From positions 40,362,001 to 40,426,000 of the forward strand of contig CM022670.1 of the NCBI GenBank assembly GCA_012295275.1: DNA of 64,000 bases, written 5' to 3'. The notes beneath the pieces are model-generated. The model searched no databases, was not told the DNA's origin, and worked only from the letters and a program-made list of their open reading frames with translations. The stretch comes from Chrysomallon squamiferum (taxonomy: Eukaryota > Animalia > Mollusca). Below, piece after piece: positions 39,001 to 51,900 of the stretch. A program made the translations under genes and the position numbers. Numbering within the stretch: position 1 is the stretch's first letter; each line of letters starts with the position of its first letter.

Positions 39001-40578
39001 AAACAAAATAATACAAAAAAATAAAAAACTTATAAATGTTTCGTATCTTTACATAATAAAGGAAAAAAGAAAGGAACATTTGTTACCACTAGGCTAGCTG
39101 TCTGGCCGATAGCGTGACTTGTCAAGTTCTCTCTTCCTCCAGCTGCATCACAGACAACATTGCTGTTTTCTTTAATTCTCACTGGATTTCTCCTAACTGA
39201 TATGTCACATATTGAATCTGCTTCTGCAATATAAAAAAAAAAAAAAAAATGCTTTAGTAAATAACTTTGACAACATAAGTATGAAGAATTACAGGAAATG
39301 TATGATAGTAAGAATTTCATATTAATATCACCAAGCACAAAACTCTTAATTGTGCACACATGCACACACACATGCACACACACACACACACACAAAAATA
39401 ATAATAATTAAATAACTATATAAATAAATAAAATTAAAATACAGGTGTGTTTGCTGTAATGGAAATTCAGTTAAGTATAAATATAATACTTTTTTAATAG
39501 TTATAACATTTAACACAAACCTGATTCTGTCCAGTAGTCATCAAAATTTTCATAACCATCTTTAAATTTTCTAATATTTTTCCCTTCCTTCACATCTATT
39601 CCTGTCCGACTGGAAAACAAATAAAAATAACAATTAAAAAAAGAAAGAAAATAAAATCCAAACATATGCAAAAAATGTATGAGACAACTTTAAGCATAAC
39701 ATAAATTACATATTTTTTAATGCCCAGTATTACAATTAGGTTATATTTATAATTGATAAAAATAACCTATTTCTGATATTAAATACACATTTTAATAACT
39801 CATTATCTGTGTTGTGTAACTGCTGATATACTCTCCCTCAAAGTTGAACTGACAGAATATCAGCCATAAATTTATGACTGGTGCAAAAATCCTCTATAAA
39901 GCATCAGAACTTACCGACCAATATGCTTGTTCCTCAAAAGTTTCACACTGGGTCTCGTGGTATTCTAAACGTAAATGAAAAATTATATTTAAATTTAGTA
40001 GACATTCGCTTTATTACAAACTACTGCTATAAACACTGACTGTAGCAGCTAACACTTCTATATTAACATTTTGCAACCTAGTTATTCCTAATAATTTTAA
40101 CGCAGATGGTATTTAATTCATAAAATGAAATCTCTGTCTGACATCAAATGTTGATTAAAATTTAAATACTGACACTGCTAATTACACAAATTTTTACTGT
40201 CATTAAGTAATTCGATAAAGTAACATTTTAAATAAGTTTTATAAATAAATATGATAATCATTTATCACAACACTGATTAGTTTACCCAAATAATCTGAAT
40301 TTAACTAGAAATATATTTAAAAATAAAAATAAATAAAAAATAATACGAAGGAGGTTACATCACAAAATAGGTCAACTAAATAAGTAAATTACAGATGAAG
40401 TAACTGATCACAGGGCGAAACAATAGAAGAAGCTTATAATTACAAATGCAAATGTTTTGTTATTATCTATTCATAATCATTAATCAACATAATCATAATC
40501 AGACGATAAATCATATCATAATTTTATTTTAAAATAATAATAATGATCATAACAATCGATTTACATACAGTTTACCAT
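26552..40578 (-). CDS. CENPC: Centromere protein C (CENP-C/Mif2), about 26 coding exons, about 1759 aa after repairing one frameshift
   Basis: Exons 40578-40576 (ATG only, least certain), 39964-39915, 39609-39521, 39223-39087, 38795-38749, 38318-38230, 38059-37935, 37672-37629, 37293-37205, 36795-36734, 36422-36400, 36095-36025, 35730-34778, 34407-33095, 32770-32708, 32376-31389, 31159-31100, 30090-29974, 29755-29615, 29146-29021, 28721-28614, 28314-28231, 28059-27919, 27604-27420, 27005-26915, 26631-26552. CENP-C motif GLRRSKRTRVQTLEWYKNERVIY; C-terminal cupin FCVIYGKISVTIHRGTCIVETGNHFFVPKGNPYSLKNLRNEEARLAF; Mif2-like N-terminal motif. Phases are consistent once one base is added at the T-run 31746-31752. 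Confidence 0.9.
30369..31052. mobile_element. Possible decayed non-autonomous DNA transposon (MITE-like) in a CENP-C intron
   Basis: Short inverted termini GACCCAGT (30369-30376) and ACTGGGTC (31045-31052), with related aattctgtttc sub-terminal motifs at both ends and a less AT-rich interior. No clear target-site duplication. Confidence 0.3.
33469..33726 (-). repeat. Coding internal duplication in CENP-C (37 aa, period 147 bp)
   Basis: FLINDTESDVTIGRSKIGRKSVRKQTDNNRKSSQQKE versus FLINDTESDLTKGKSKTGRKSVRKQDDNNRKSSQQKE. Confidence 0.9.
35196..35450 (-). repeat. Coding 39-bp (13-aa) tandem repeat in CENP-C, SEQEGVTYASGPA-like, about 6-7 units
   Basis: Units visible in the DNA (tgctcacttgctgggcctgaggcatatgtaactccttct) and in ORF 34700-35773. 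Confidence 0.9.
36734..39964 (-). repeat. Intragenic tandem triplication (about 1.1-1.3 kb units) of the CENP-C N-terminal three-exon module
   Basis: Three 89-nt exons encoding RTG.D.K.GK.IR.F.DG(Y/F)ENFDDYW. Flanking exons and intron segments are also homologous (caggtgtgtttgct near 39443 and 38182; aaaatccaaac.tatgca near 39653 and 38402). Confidence 0.92.
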
Positions 40579-41092
40579 TTTACATATTTAGTAAATCAAG
40601 TTTAAGAGATATTAAAGTAAACCTTTTTGTTCATGTCTGATGATTAAATCTTAAATAAATATCCATGTCATTAATAATATAAACATTTATTAATGTGATC
40701 ACAGTAAACTTTCAAGTTCTGCGCCATTTATGTAATTTCTTCCTATTTTTTCTAAATTCAATTTCATTGGTTGACGTCTTTCATACTACACCGCATACAC
40801 AAACATGCGATCGAACACGAGACTTGGACCTAAGAGATTTTATAATAATCTCAGAAATGCATTTTGTCCTTAAAACGCCATATATATTTTTAAAACATTA
40901 CATTCATGTATTTCGAAATCGAATGAATAATTAGTGCTTTATTATTTCATTTCAGGAATAAGGATTTAGTTGTTATTCTTTAAAGGGCCTTAATAATTAA
41001 TATTTGAATATCACATTTAGTACTACACAGACTTTACGTTTCAGCGGTGAAATCGAAAGACAGCTCTGTTAAATATTAAACTACAGTAACAA
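40579..41092. promoter_or_regulatory. Bidirectional promoter region of CENP-C (-) and HAUS3 (+), including the HAUS3 non-coding first exon (donor at 41093)
   Basis: Divergent genes with local CpG enrichment. GCGCCATTT (YY1-like, 40721-40729), ATTGG (40766-40770), TGACGTC (40772-40778), CHR-like TTTCGAAA (40911-40918) and TTTGAA (41003-41008). Confidence 0.55.
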
Positions 41093-41559
41093 GTATGTAA
41101 ATAATCATTGTTTTATGCCCTTTAATATATATTTCGCTTGTTCCTTATGCTTTTTTTCTTTCTTTCTTTTTAACTGTTGTAATCTGAAATTATTTCAGTA
41201 TCACAATAAATATCATGATGGTGAACTTGAATGAACTTTAACAGGTTGTAACACCTGTCAGTGTCACTACACCTTGCCTATTCTAGTGACTATGTCAGAA
41301 TGTGTACTAGAATCTAGACTAGTAGACTAGTAAAGATAACAGTCTAACATTCAAGTGAACAGCCTTTACAAGTCTGTTTTAATTCCTAGAATCTAGATGA
41401 CAGAAAACTCATGAAATTCTAAGTACTAGCTGGTCTTACTCAAGTTACTGTAATTGTACAGTTAGAAACTTAGATATTAATATTATATTTAAAAGATAGT
41501 ATGCAGTTTAACAATTTAAAACATTAAATTAATAAGTCTTCCATTTCTTTTTTTTCAGA

Positions 41560-44500
41560 ATGAGTGGTTCACAGTTTTTGCAAACTTTAAAACAACTGGG
41601 CTATCCTGAAGCTGATCATATCAAAGACAAAACATTTGATTGGATATTTGAAAATGAGGCTGTAGTACCATTTCTGAATTGGTTCTGCAGTAACATTTCC
41701 CAGCACAATGTTGTAGATTCAGATGCCTTAAAAGAGTAAGCTTTACTAGCTAAAAACAAAATTTCACATTCTTTGTAGCAGACGTTTGCTAAGAGGTAGT
41801 ACATTTGTCAGACATGATTCAGGATAAACTTTTGGTGAAATTCTGTTCTAACCTGTGCCTTAAAACTGTATCACAAGACTTTAATGTATACAGATGGAAT
41901 TAGTTTTGCCTTTTTAATGGTGGTTTCAATTTTCCTCTTTAATATCATACATCTCCAGATCTGTCAAGTAGTAATCTTTATTAACATTTTGATATGTCAT
42001 TTGAAATAGACTTGGAGTATTATGTTGTTTTCTTTATTTGTTTTTTTTAAGATTCCAAGAACATGAAGCAGGAGGTGGAGATACTGACAGTTCCTTAGAA
42101 AATTGTTGCAGGATCACAAGATGAAATTTTATCACCTGAAGCTCTTGAGTAATTTGATATTTATCACAGTGCACAAATATTAAATGTTTATGTGATAATA
42201 AAATAAATAATTCTTATGTCACTAAAAATTGTAATGTACATGAATAAATTTATATGTATCAAACTGCTTGTTACAAAATTGTTAAAACATTTAACACCAT
42301 GAGTGAGAGAATATTTTATACAAAATGACTGTAATTCTGTTTTTCGTAATTACTGATTTTTTATCATTTCATTCCAGAGCTGAAGTGTCAAGTCTGACAG
42401 AAAAATTAGAAAACTGTAAAAAGAAAAAACAACATCTTTTGCAACGTAGAAACAAAGTGAGGTATGTGTGTTTCAAACTAATTTTCTAAAAAGGTTTTAT
42501 TTTATTTTGTTATAGTCTTGTGAATTTTCTTTCTGAATGTTTAATTTTTAAAAGGTAAACTTAAACAGTTATAAAAATTGTTTTCATAAGATAAAACAGC
42601 TTTTTGGAAAAAAGCGAATATTTTTAATAAACTAATAGTTGAGTTCTTGCTTGAGTAGTGATAGTTCACAGTATCAATTCTCATTATGAGCAGTGATAGT
42701 TCACAGTATCAGTTCATATCACTAGCAGTGATAGTTCACAGTATCAGTTCTCATTACAAGCAGTGATAGTTCACAGTATCAGTTCCCATTACTAGTAGTG
42801 ATAGTTCACAGTATCAGTTCTCATTACTAGTAGTGATAGTTCACAGTATCAGTTCCCATTACTAGGGTGATAGTTCACAGTATCAGTTCCCATTACTAGG
42901 GTGATAGTTCACAGTATCAGTTCCCATTACTAGGGTGATAGTTCACAGTATCAGTTCCCATTACTAGGGTGATAGTTCACAGTATCAGTTCTCATTACTA
43001 GGGTGATAGTTCACAGTATCAGTTCTCATTACTAGGGTGATAGTTCACAGTATCAGTTCCCATTACTAGGGTGATAGTTCACAGTATCAGTTCTCATTAC
43101 TAGGGTGATAGTTCACAGTATCAGTTCCCATTACGAGGGTGATAGTTCACAGTATCAGTTCTCATTACTAGGGTGATAGTTCACAGTATCAGTTCTCATT
43201 ACGTGGGTGATAGTTCACATTATGAATAGTGATAGTTTACAGCATTGGATCCCATTATGGTTTTCCTCATTCCCATTATAACTAATACAAATCTAAATGC
43301 TTTTTTTTTTTGCTGTGGAAATTGAGTGTATGGCAATGAATTTCATTTTTATCCATTGCTGAATCACAAATTAACCTAATATAGAAATAATTTTCGCCTT
43401 TATTCAGTCAATTTTAATAAAAATAACTGTAGAAATACTCAAGAAATCTGTGTTTGATGTGATGTCTTTATAATGTTTAAGTTATACATCACACTTAATT
43501 TACTTTATTTACTTATTTATTTTCTTCATCAGTGTACATCAAACAGCTTTGAGTTACCGTCTGTCAAAAGTGCAGACACTTGAATCAGAAGTGAAAAAAC
43601 AGTTCAAAAAGAGACTGGATCACAGCCACGAAATGAACAGCGAGGTATAACTACGTTACTTTATATTATCTGCAGATTTATCAAAAATAGATACAGCTGT
43701 TGAATGTTTTTTTCAAAATTAGATCAAATTTAAGGATCATATTCCAAAATATATTGTCAAAGACAAAAAGAAAAATAACTGCTAATATTTCAGGCTGTTT
43801 ATCCTTCTGTTTAACCATTTTTATTTGTCATTTACTCAATGTTATTTAAAAAATTAGATATCCATGTTTTCATTTAATGTGTTCTTCATATTTCATTTGC
43901 TTCATAACTAAACTGTGTATTTTGATATCAAATGTTTGTGTAAAAATGTATGACAATATTAATACAAAGTTGTTTTTTTGTTATTTGGATATTTATTTGT
44001 AAAATTTGCTTTTAAATATATATTTTTAAAAAAAAGTCACCATGCATTATTTTCCTGCATTTTAAATTATTTTTACATGATTTATTTATTTATTTTTGTT
44101 TGTTTTTGTAGGTAAACAACAGCCTCAAGAACCTTACTCAAAGTGTGGATCAGCTGTATAAATTATATAGACAGCCTGAGTCTTCTGCCTCAGGCGAACA
44201 CAGTGACAACCTTGTCTTTCTCTCACAACTCAGTCTTGATGAGTATTTTACAGCAGAGGAAAAATTTGGTCAAACCTTAAATGACTTTACAAAGAAACGT
44301 TTCTTTCAGGTGAATTTATTAAGAGGACGTTAACGATTTAGAATTAAAACCAATTATTGATGTTCTAGTGGAAAGTTTCCACTGTTGGAAGATGTTAAAT
44401 ATTATCCATGTTTTGTAATGGGCTGAAAAGTAACATGGTTTGCTGTTTCTTATTATTAGTCAGAGTAACAAGATTAAAAATATTAATTAGCTTCTGTTTT

Positions 44501-46403
44501 AAATTTCTGACAATTTATATTGTTAACATGAAGATAATTGATTAAAACCCAGAAAACAAGCACGACACATTGCACAAACATGTCTGGAATACTGGTCTGG
44601 TAGTCATGGTAATGAGAATTAGAACACAGTGTGATAAAATTGACTGGCTTGTTTATTAGTATCACACAATTATATTACTTTTCTTTAATTTTTTTATATA
44701 ATTGTTTAGCACTGGTCCTGATTATGCTTGTTATAACACCAGAGTAAAGCTCTGCAGTTTGTTTTAACTGTCTTCAGACCTGTATTATTCAGTAGTGTTC
44801 ATTTGTTTCAGGGTATTGCTGACGTTGCTGGACAGAGTGAAGATTCGCGCTATGAACTGCTGGAAGTAAGTGATCCAGACAGTTTGCTAGTCAGAGGAGA
44901 AGAGGAAAACATGAAAGCAAGTCACAGGAAAGAACTCAAGCGATTACAGATGATGTAAGTTTTTCTTTTGTTACAGAGCTGCAGATTGAGCCTTTAGTGC
45001 TGATCTGTGGAAGGCAACACCTTTAGAACACTTCCAAAATGTTTTATAAATTTTATATATTCAATGTGCTTTTTTTCTATAGCAAAAATCATTTTATTCT
45101 GAATATAATAATTATAATGTTGTTATGCCATATGCTTATTAAATTATAGATTTTCTGTTTTTATTATATTTTTATTTTAAAATATAGTGTTGCAGTTTGT
45201 TATTGTGTTTCATTCATAGAATATGGTCTTTTTTATCATCTGAGTTTACATTCTGTTCCTTTATTTAATGATATAAGATTATTACAGTAAATCATTAATT
45301 TTTTTATCATTACTGTGAATGTTTAATTATAATCAGACTGTAGTTTGTCAGCAGTAATAGTTCTTAATAGGCTAGCATGGATTTTTTTTTTTTAATTTTT
45401 TTATTTCATCGTAAGGTTTTTAAGAATCATGTATTACTTTTAAAACATTTTGATATAAAATAACATTTATCACTGAAAAGACATTCATTTTAATAAATTT
45501 TCTTAATACTTTTAAAACGGTCCTTTTTTCTAATACTAAAGACTGTTTTAATATGAACAGGAATCAGTTTTACTGAATGTCAAGGAGACTACTTAGAATT
45601 ACTCTACATTTTATTTTATTTTTTGCCAACAAACACTAGAATAAGATATTCTTTATGTAATGGACAGATTTCCAACCAGTGAGTGTCAGCGAATCAATGC
45701 ACTCGTAGATGAGAAAAGACACAAAGCTATCAGCAGTCAGCTGGATGATGTCTTGCAGAGAGTACAGACTGGCAGGTTCACAAAGGATGCAAAGACTCTT
45801 AGGTAGGCATAAATATTACATGAAATACAATCTGAAATGCTTGGTGGTGGAAATGTTTCAGATGCTGGAATATAAGGAGATAGTTTGGGAACAGATATAA
45901 GTCTGTTACATATTCAGCTTAAATATGTTGTGTTATATTGCTGTTTTTCTGACTTTCATGTAAACAAATTTTTTAAATTAATAGCAAACAAATAAAAATT
46001 AAATTATTTTAAATTAAATGTTTTAATACATATGAGCAGTCAGTTGGTAGTTTTTCATAAATGTCTCTTTAGTTGTTTTAAGTTATTGGATAGATGTTTT
46101 TTTTTTTTTTTCTAAAATTTAATTTTTGTTTGTAGTGATCAACTTCAGAAGACTCGGACTGCGTTACACAGTGCTCAGTGCAACGTGGCAAATCTGTCAG
46201 AAACTCAGTTGCCACGACTGATTCGTGAGTTGTCAGGTCTGCATGGAACCTTTATTGTAACAGGAGACTACACGTTAAAACTAGCCAGGCAGGACTACTT
46301 CACCTCAAACCAGGACGAGGTAAATAAACATCAAAATTTTAAAAATTTGGAAGGATTTTCTTTCAGTTAGGATTGTGCTTAAGAATGAAGAAAGCAGTCA
46401 TTA

Positions 46404-46436
<33 letters not shown>

Positions 46437-48930
46437 CTGAATAGGTAGGAACATGTTCAGCTTTGAAGTTGGATAAAATATTAAAACACAGTAGTACAAG
46501 TTATTTTACACATCAAATCAATTCTCAGACAGGTGCAACTGCAAACCTAAAAGACTGTATTTGGGTAAATGTAAAAATACGTAACTGGCTGCCAAACAAT
46601 TGTAATAACTGTTTACTCTGTAATATAAAATGTAATAAATGAAATTTGTCAGTGAGTATTATGAAAGTTATTCTGTTGTGACTTCAGGTTATACAACAGC
46701 TGGTGGTGCAGAGAGCAAGAACTGATTTTCTGTTGATGGCCTACGCAGCAGAGGAACAGCATCACCACGAGGTGCATCGTCTGCTGATGGCGATACAACT
46801 CAGACTGAAACAACATTTGTCTGCCTGGGAAAAACGAATGGTGATATTTTTGTAACAAAGTCCAGTGTCAGTCTTTTTTTTTTTAACTCTATGACACTCC
46901 TCTGATTAGCTCAGGATTTATTTGGTAAATTAAGAAAGAAATTAATTTTAAATTGATAAAATTAAAAAGCTCAGAATTTTTATAATAAATTAATCTTGTA
47001 TTCATGTATATAATTAGAATAGAAATTTTTCAGTTAAAAAAAACGTTTTCACGTTTTTTATGGTTTTTTGGTTATTCATCAACTGACAAGTGAAAGAGGA
47101 GTTATGTCTTTTTGGTATTTAAAACTAAATCTTTATCTTTATCTTTATTTTTATCTTTTTGTGAATTGAAGAAAATGTTAGATGATCCTGCACTGACACC
47201 TTCAAGACACCAGAGAGGAACCATTGATTCTCGGGATGCTGCAACAACCAGACTACATTACATGCTAGGTACACGTATGTTTGAGTTCTTAATAACATGT
47301 ATCTGTACAATGTGCTATATTTTATTGAGATGCTTTTCACTAACATTGGGTTTTTAAAACAAGAAAAGGATATGAAAAAGAAATAGAAATAATCAGTTTT
47401 AATTCTCTCCTAGATAAAGCTTTGGAAATAATTGAAATGATTTTTGTTCTTCTTTTTTAAGTATGGATATTAATATTTTCATTATTCATTCATTTAAAAA
47501 AAAAATGTAAATTATAAATGTTTTAGACATTAAATCATTTTAGCTTGGTTAATTTATACATGATTACATGACTTTGTAAAACAGATTTTGTTTTTTGTTC
47601 TAAGATGACAGCAACACAACAGGACAACATGATAAACCACTGTTTTTGACTCTGAGCAGTTTAGTGGAAGCAGCACAGAAACTTGCACAAAGACATGCTG
47701 CAGCAAAAACAGCGTTAACCCAGACATACACCACACATGACAAGAAGTTAAAAGAGATGTATGTACTCTTTTTATATTACCACATTTTTAATACAATTTA
47801 CTGTCTCTGATTTTACAAACTTGGCTACGTTTTTATAATCTGAACATAACACAGGCACAACCAGAAATAAGCACAAATATTATTTTCTTTAGATCAGAAA
47901 GTATTATAAATCTCTGATATAAAAGTTTGAGACACTAGTTGGAAAGGGATTTAGCCCAATAAGCAGGCCAAACAGAATTTTCCCAGTATGCCTTATCTTA
48001 AATTTTTGTATTTTTAACAAGATCCTTTTATACAAACAAAAGTGATTTTGATACATCAGTATATCGTTAACATTAATTTCTTTTCAGAAAGTATTATTTT
48101 TCTCTTTTTTTTTTTGTTTTTTTTTTTGTTTGTTAGGGAAGAAAACTTTTCCAAGCTGGAAGAGAAGGTTTATTCAGGATCAAGCACTGCTGGGGAACCA
48201 GTGCTTCGACCCCACGAAGTTCAGGCAACCATGATACAACTGAAAGACATGCTTCAGAAACTGGAGGCAGCCATCATCAATGTGGTCACAGATTACAGTG
48301 ATAAGAATAAGGTGAGTTTATTTAGAAATATGGGAAAAACTGAAAACATACATTTCTACTTTTTAATTTGTTTTTATATGAATCTGCATACTTCATTAGG
48401 GCAGAAATGATTATATACTTCTAACACAACAGTTAAAAAATCAACGTTTTATTTTTTAAATTATAATTTATGAAACAATAAATTTTTATATATTTTTCTA
48501 ATCAACAGGTAATTACTCCTAAAAGGAGAATAAGAAAGTATTGCTGTTTACCTCAGTAGAGATTAATTATTTTCATTAATAAATGTGTTTTTCCCAATTG
48601 ATATTAAGAACATTTTGACCTATTCTTTATGTTTTTGAAGTAAATGAACTCAATGTATGTCACAAAATCAAATGATGGTACTACATACATCCAACATTCT
48701 AATATATGATGTGTTATTTGGAGAGAGAAATTGGGGAAAATAAAATTTCTTTAAAAATAAATTTATTAAAAGTTAATTATTTTCTAATTTTTCAGATTTT
48801 GAAGAATGATCCACTGCTGGCAAAAGAAAGGAAATTATTTGAGTATTTCTATACCACTCCTAGTAAACTGCAGCAGTTGCTGGACAATGTTGAAGCCCAG
48901 CTACAAGCACAAAAAGTCCATGAAGACTGA
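41560..48930 (+). CDS. HAUS3: HAUS augmin-like complex subunit 3, 13 coding exons
   Basis: Exons 41560-41735, 42052-42148, 42378-42461, 43533-43644, 44112-44309, 44812-44954, 45668-45802, 46136-46319, 46688-46840, 47172-47268, 47605-47758, 48137-48311, 48796-48930. N-terminus MSGSQFLQTLKQLGYPEADHIKDKTFDWIFE...FLNWFC; FTKKRFFQGI; IVTGDYTLKLARQDYFTSNQ; TIDSRD; ERKLFEYFY. Exon 2 has one extra base (A-run 42099-42102). Confidence 0.93.
42658..43243. repeat. Minisatellite, about 17 copies of 34-35 bp GTGATAGTTCACAGTATCAGTTC(C/T)CATTACTAG(G/CA/TA), in a HAUS3 intron
   Basis: Unit starts at 42658, 42693, 42728, 42763, 42798, 42833, then every 34 bp to 43207. No unique spacers. Confidence 0.97.
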
Positions 48931-51900
48931 TGTTTCAGACTTTCCTTTAGTCTTCCAGATGACTATTATTTATAATAAAAGTTTATACATTTGTAATTAT
49001 GAAATTTTGTTGTTATAAAAATATTTAAACATAGAAGGTATATATATATATTACAGCTGTAAGATAATTTGACTTGTTTGATGTTGAATTGTTCAGTTAT
49101 TTATTAAATAACAAATACTTTTTTTTTTTTTTTTAAGTTAATAATATTTAGCAACATCTGTCTAGACTGAAATAAGCCTATCATTTTCTTTTCAATTTTT
49201 ATAAGAAAACAAAATGGACAGTTTTTGATAATAAACTGTTTTTGGGAGTTAGAAGCTACCTACTAAATGAGCATTCAAACATGTAATTCAAAACAAAAAC
49301 AATTGGATATGGTTTTACAATACTGCAACACAAAATTAAATAAACTCTCCATATGTCTTCAGGTTTTAAAGATAAACAACACAAATTTCATTCTGTATGT
49401 TTTATTCTCATTGCATATCTACAGTTAGTACTTTTAATTATGCTTATCAATAACACTATCATACTTATTTACTAATACAGTATATTAGTTAACAGATAAC
49501 ATTTTCCTAGACATTCACCTTGCCATGTAATTAATTCACTCCTCTTGTGTAATATTTAAAAAAAAAAATCATTTGAAATCTCCACAAGTGTATGAAAAAT
49601 CTCACAGATAACATCAAACAAAACCCTCCTTTAAAAAGAAAACATCTTTAACAACCATCACAACATCAGATGGTTACCTAAATAACAAATGAGTAACATT
49701 ATATTCCCACTGTAGTCATATGATGAATAATGAAAAAAAACACTAAACAAAATGTTCCCATTGACAAACCTTCTAGTTCAGATGTAAACAATGTAAGTAG
49801 TGGGAGTTATTTTAATGCTATACATCACTGCCAATTTTTTTATCCAAGAACAATCTAACGTATTACTAAAATCAGTTTAATTTTAATTAACGATGAAATC
49901 AAGTGAAAAGTAAAATTAACAATAAAAAAAAAAAAAAAATCAATTTATTAAAACTGTCATGCAGAAAAGTTCACCACTTTTGAACTCTGGGAAGGAAATG
50001 GTGTCGAAATATTTTGTTTCTCTTTTCAGTAAAGTTTATCACTTTGTGAAATGTTTAAAAACTAGGAAACTTCTATGAACTCAGTAAAACATGCTGCCTA
50101 GCCGTAACTAACAAGTTTCTGAGTATTTACAACTAACTATTTTACATATTATATACATTTTAATAAACTTTAATGACTTTTGATCCCAGTTCATTAGTCT
50201 CCATAACAACGTTAAACAATTCATCACAGATTTTGTCAATTGCACAAATTCAAAAACGAAATTAAAATACAACATTGTAACAAGGGATTGAACTACAAAA
50301 TCCACCCAAACAGGTTGTCAGACTAAGAATTATTAGTAATATAAAGATTTTCATCCAATCTGTTTTATATCAAGAATTTTCCCTAACAGAATCTAGGCTA
50401 GTTTCATATTAATATTCATGACAGAAAACAATGTTTTTTTTTCTTAAATCTAAACATGTTGTTAAAGCAGAGGACATTTTTTTTCTCAGAATTTCCAAGC
50501 TTAATCATGCATATTTCAGCTGATATCTGTGATAATTTTAAATAAAATCTTACTGTTATTACTTACAAAGTGTTTTCAGATGAACCAGAGTTTAACTTTT
50601 GCATTAGATGAACAGCACAATTAGTGTTAAATAATTTAACAAGAAATCACCAGGATTTCATTAAAATAATCACTCAGAAAGATGTAATATTTTACAAATA
50701 ATAACAAAATTAAACAAAATATAATTAAATTAAAAAAAAAAAAAAAAAAAAAATTAAAAAAAGGAGTGCAAAACAACATTTAAAAAGAATGAAAAAGAAA
50801 GTATTAGTTTTTAGTATTAGTGGGTATCAAATACAGAAGAAATTTTAAAGCCTATTTATACTGGTTTTAGTTTTTTTTTTTTCTTTTTCAAGGAATGTTC
50901 AAAAGTAACATCAGAAACCTATATGCACCATTAAAAAAAGTATTCCCTAAGCATGTTTTATAGAAAAGCATAAAACAAATTGAGCATTAACAAAAAATTA
51001 ATTAGGTAAAGAAAAAATAATTGTAGAAAATTAATACTGTAACTGCATCAAGACCAGGAAAATAAAAAATTAAAATGATCAGTTACTGACAAAACACAAA
51101 TGGTAATCTTCAACAAAATATTACAGTACGTAGTAGTCAAAACAAAACATAGACAACACAACATCTTTAAATAACTTTACTTTGGTTGGAATGGTTTTGA
51201 AAGTATAAAAGCATGAAAACCATAAAATCACTACAATGTACCAGAATAAAATAATATTACACCCAAGTTAAGTTTGTAGACGTAACACAATGTTACCAAA
51301 TGAAATAAATATGAGAAGAATCCACAATGTTTTTAATACCTTTGTTAGACAAACTCAACTCAAACTTCATATTAAATGCACATAAAAAAAGAAAGAAGAA
51401 AAAACAATTAAAATAAATAAAAAGAACCAAAAAACAAAACAATTTTTATTCTTGTGATAATTTCATATTCAATATATGTTTCTTTTCAAGTATTTAAAAC
51501 AAATAGTTGACAACTTAAAATATTCTGTTAGAAATAAGCTGAATCAATTTCCTGTCCTTTGTTAAAATCAGTTATGAGTGTTAGTAAACAACAGAGTTAT
51601 TTATGATGTTAAGTTTCAGATAAATAATTTTAATAATATTGAGTATTAAATAAATACCATTCAGGTGGACCTTACAGTGACAATATACAAGGATAAATAC
51701 TAAATTTAATGTTGATATAAACAAAATTTCACATTTTTTTCAATAAATATATTTAATAGCCGACATTTTGTAATAACTGTATTTTTGATAATTCTACTAA
51801 AATACTAACATCACTAGATAATTACATACAATATTATATTAATAAATAAAAAGTTTTGAAATAAATTGACTACTGGCCTTTGTTTTGAAAATGTTTATCT

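Noticed and set aside
40680-40727. Minus-strand ATGGCG as an alternative CENP-C start codon
   Set aside because: The frame closes within about 20 codons without a convincing donor; better explained as a YY1-like promoter motif.
42658-43243. Regular 34-35 bp repeat array resembling a CRISPR array
   Set aside because: Units are head-to-tail with no unique spacers, there are no cas genes, and it lies in a eukaryotic intron; it is a minisatellite.
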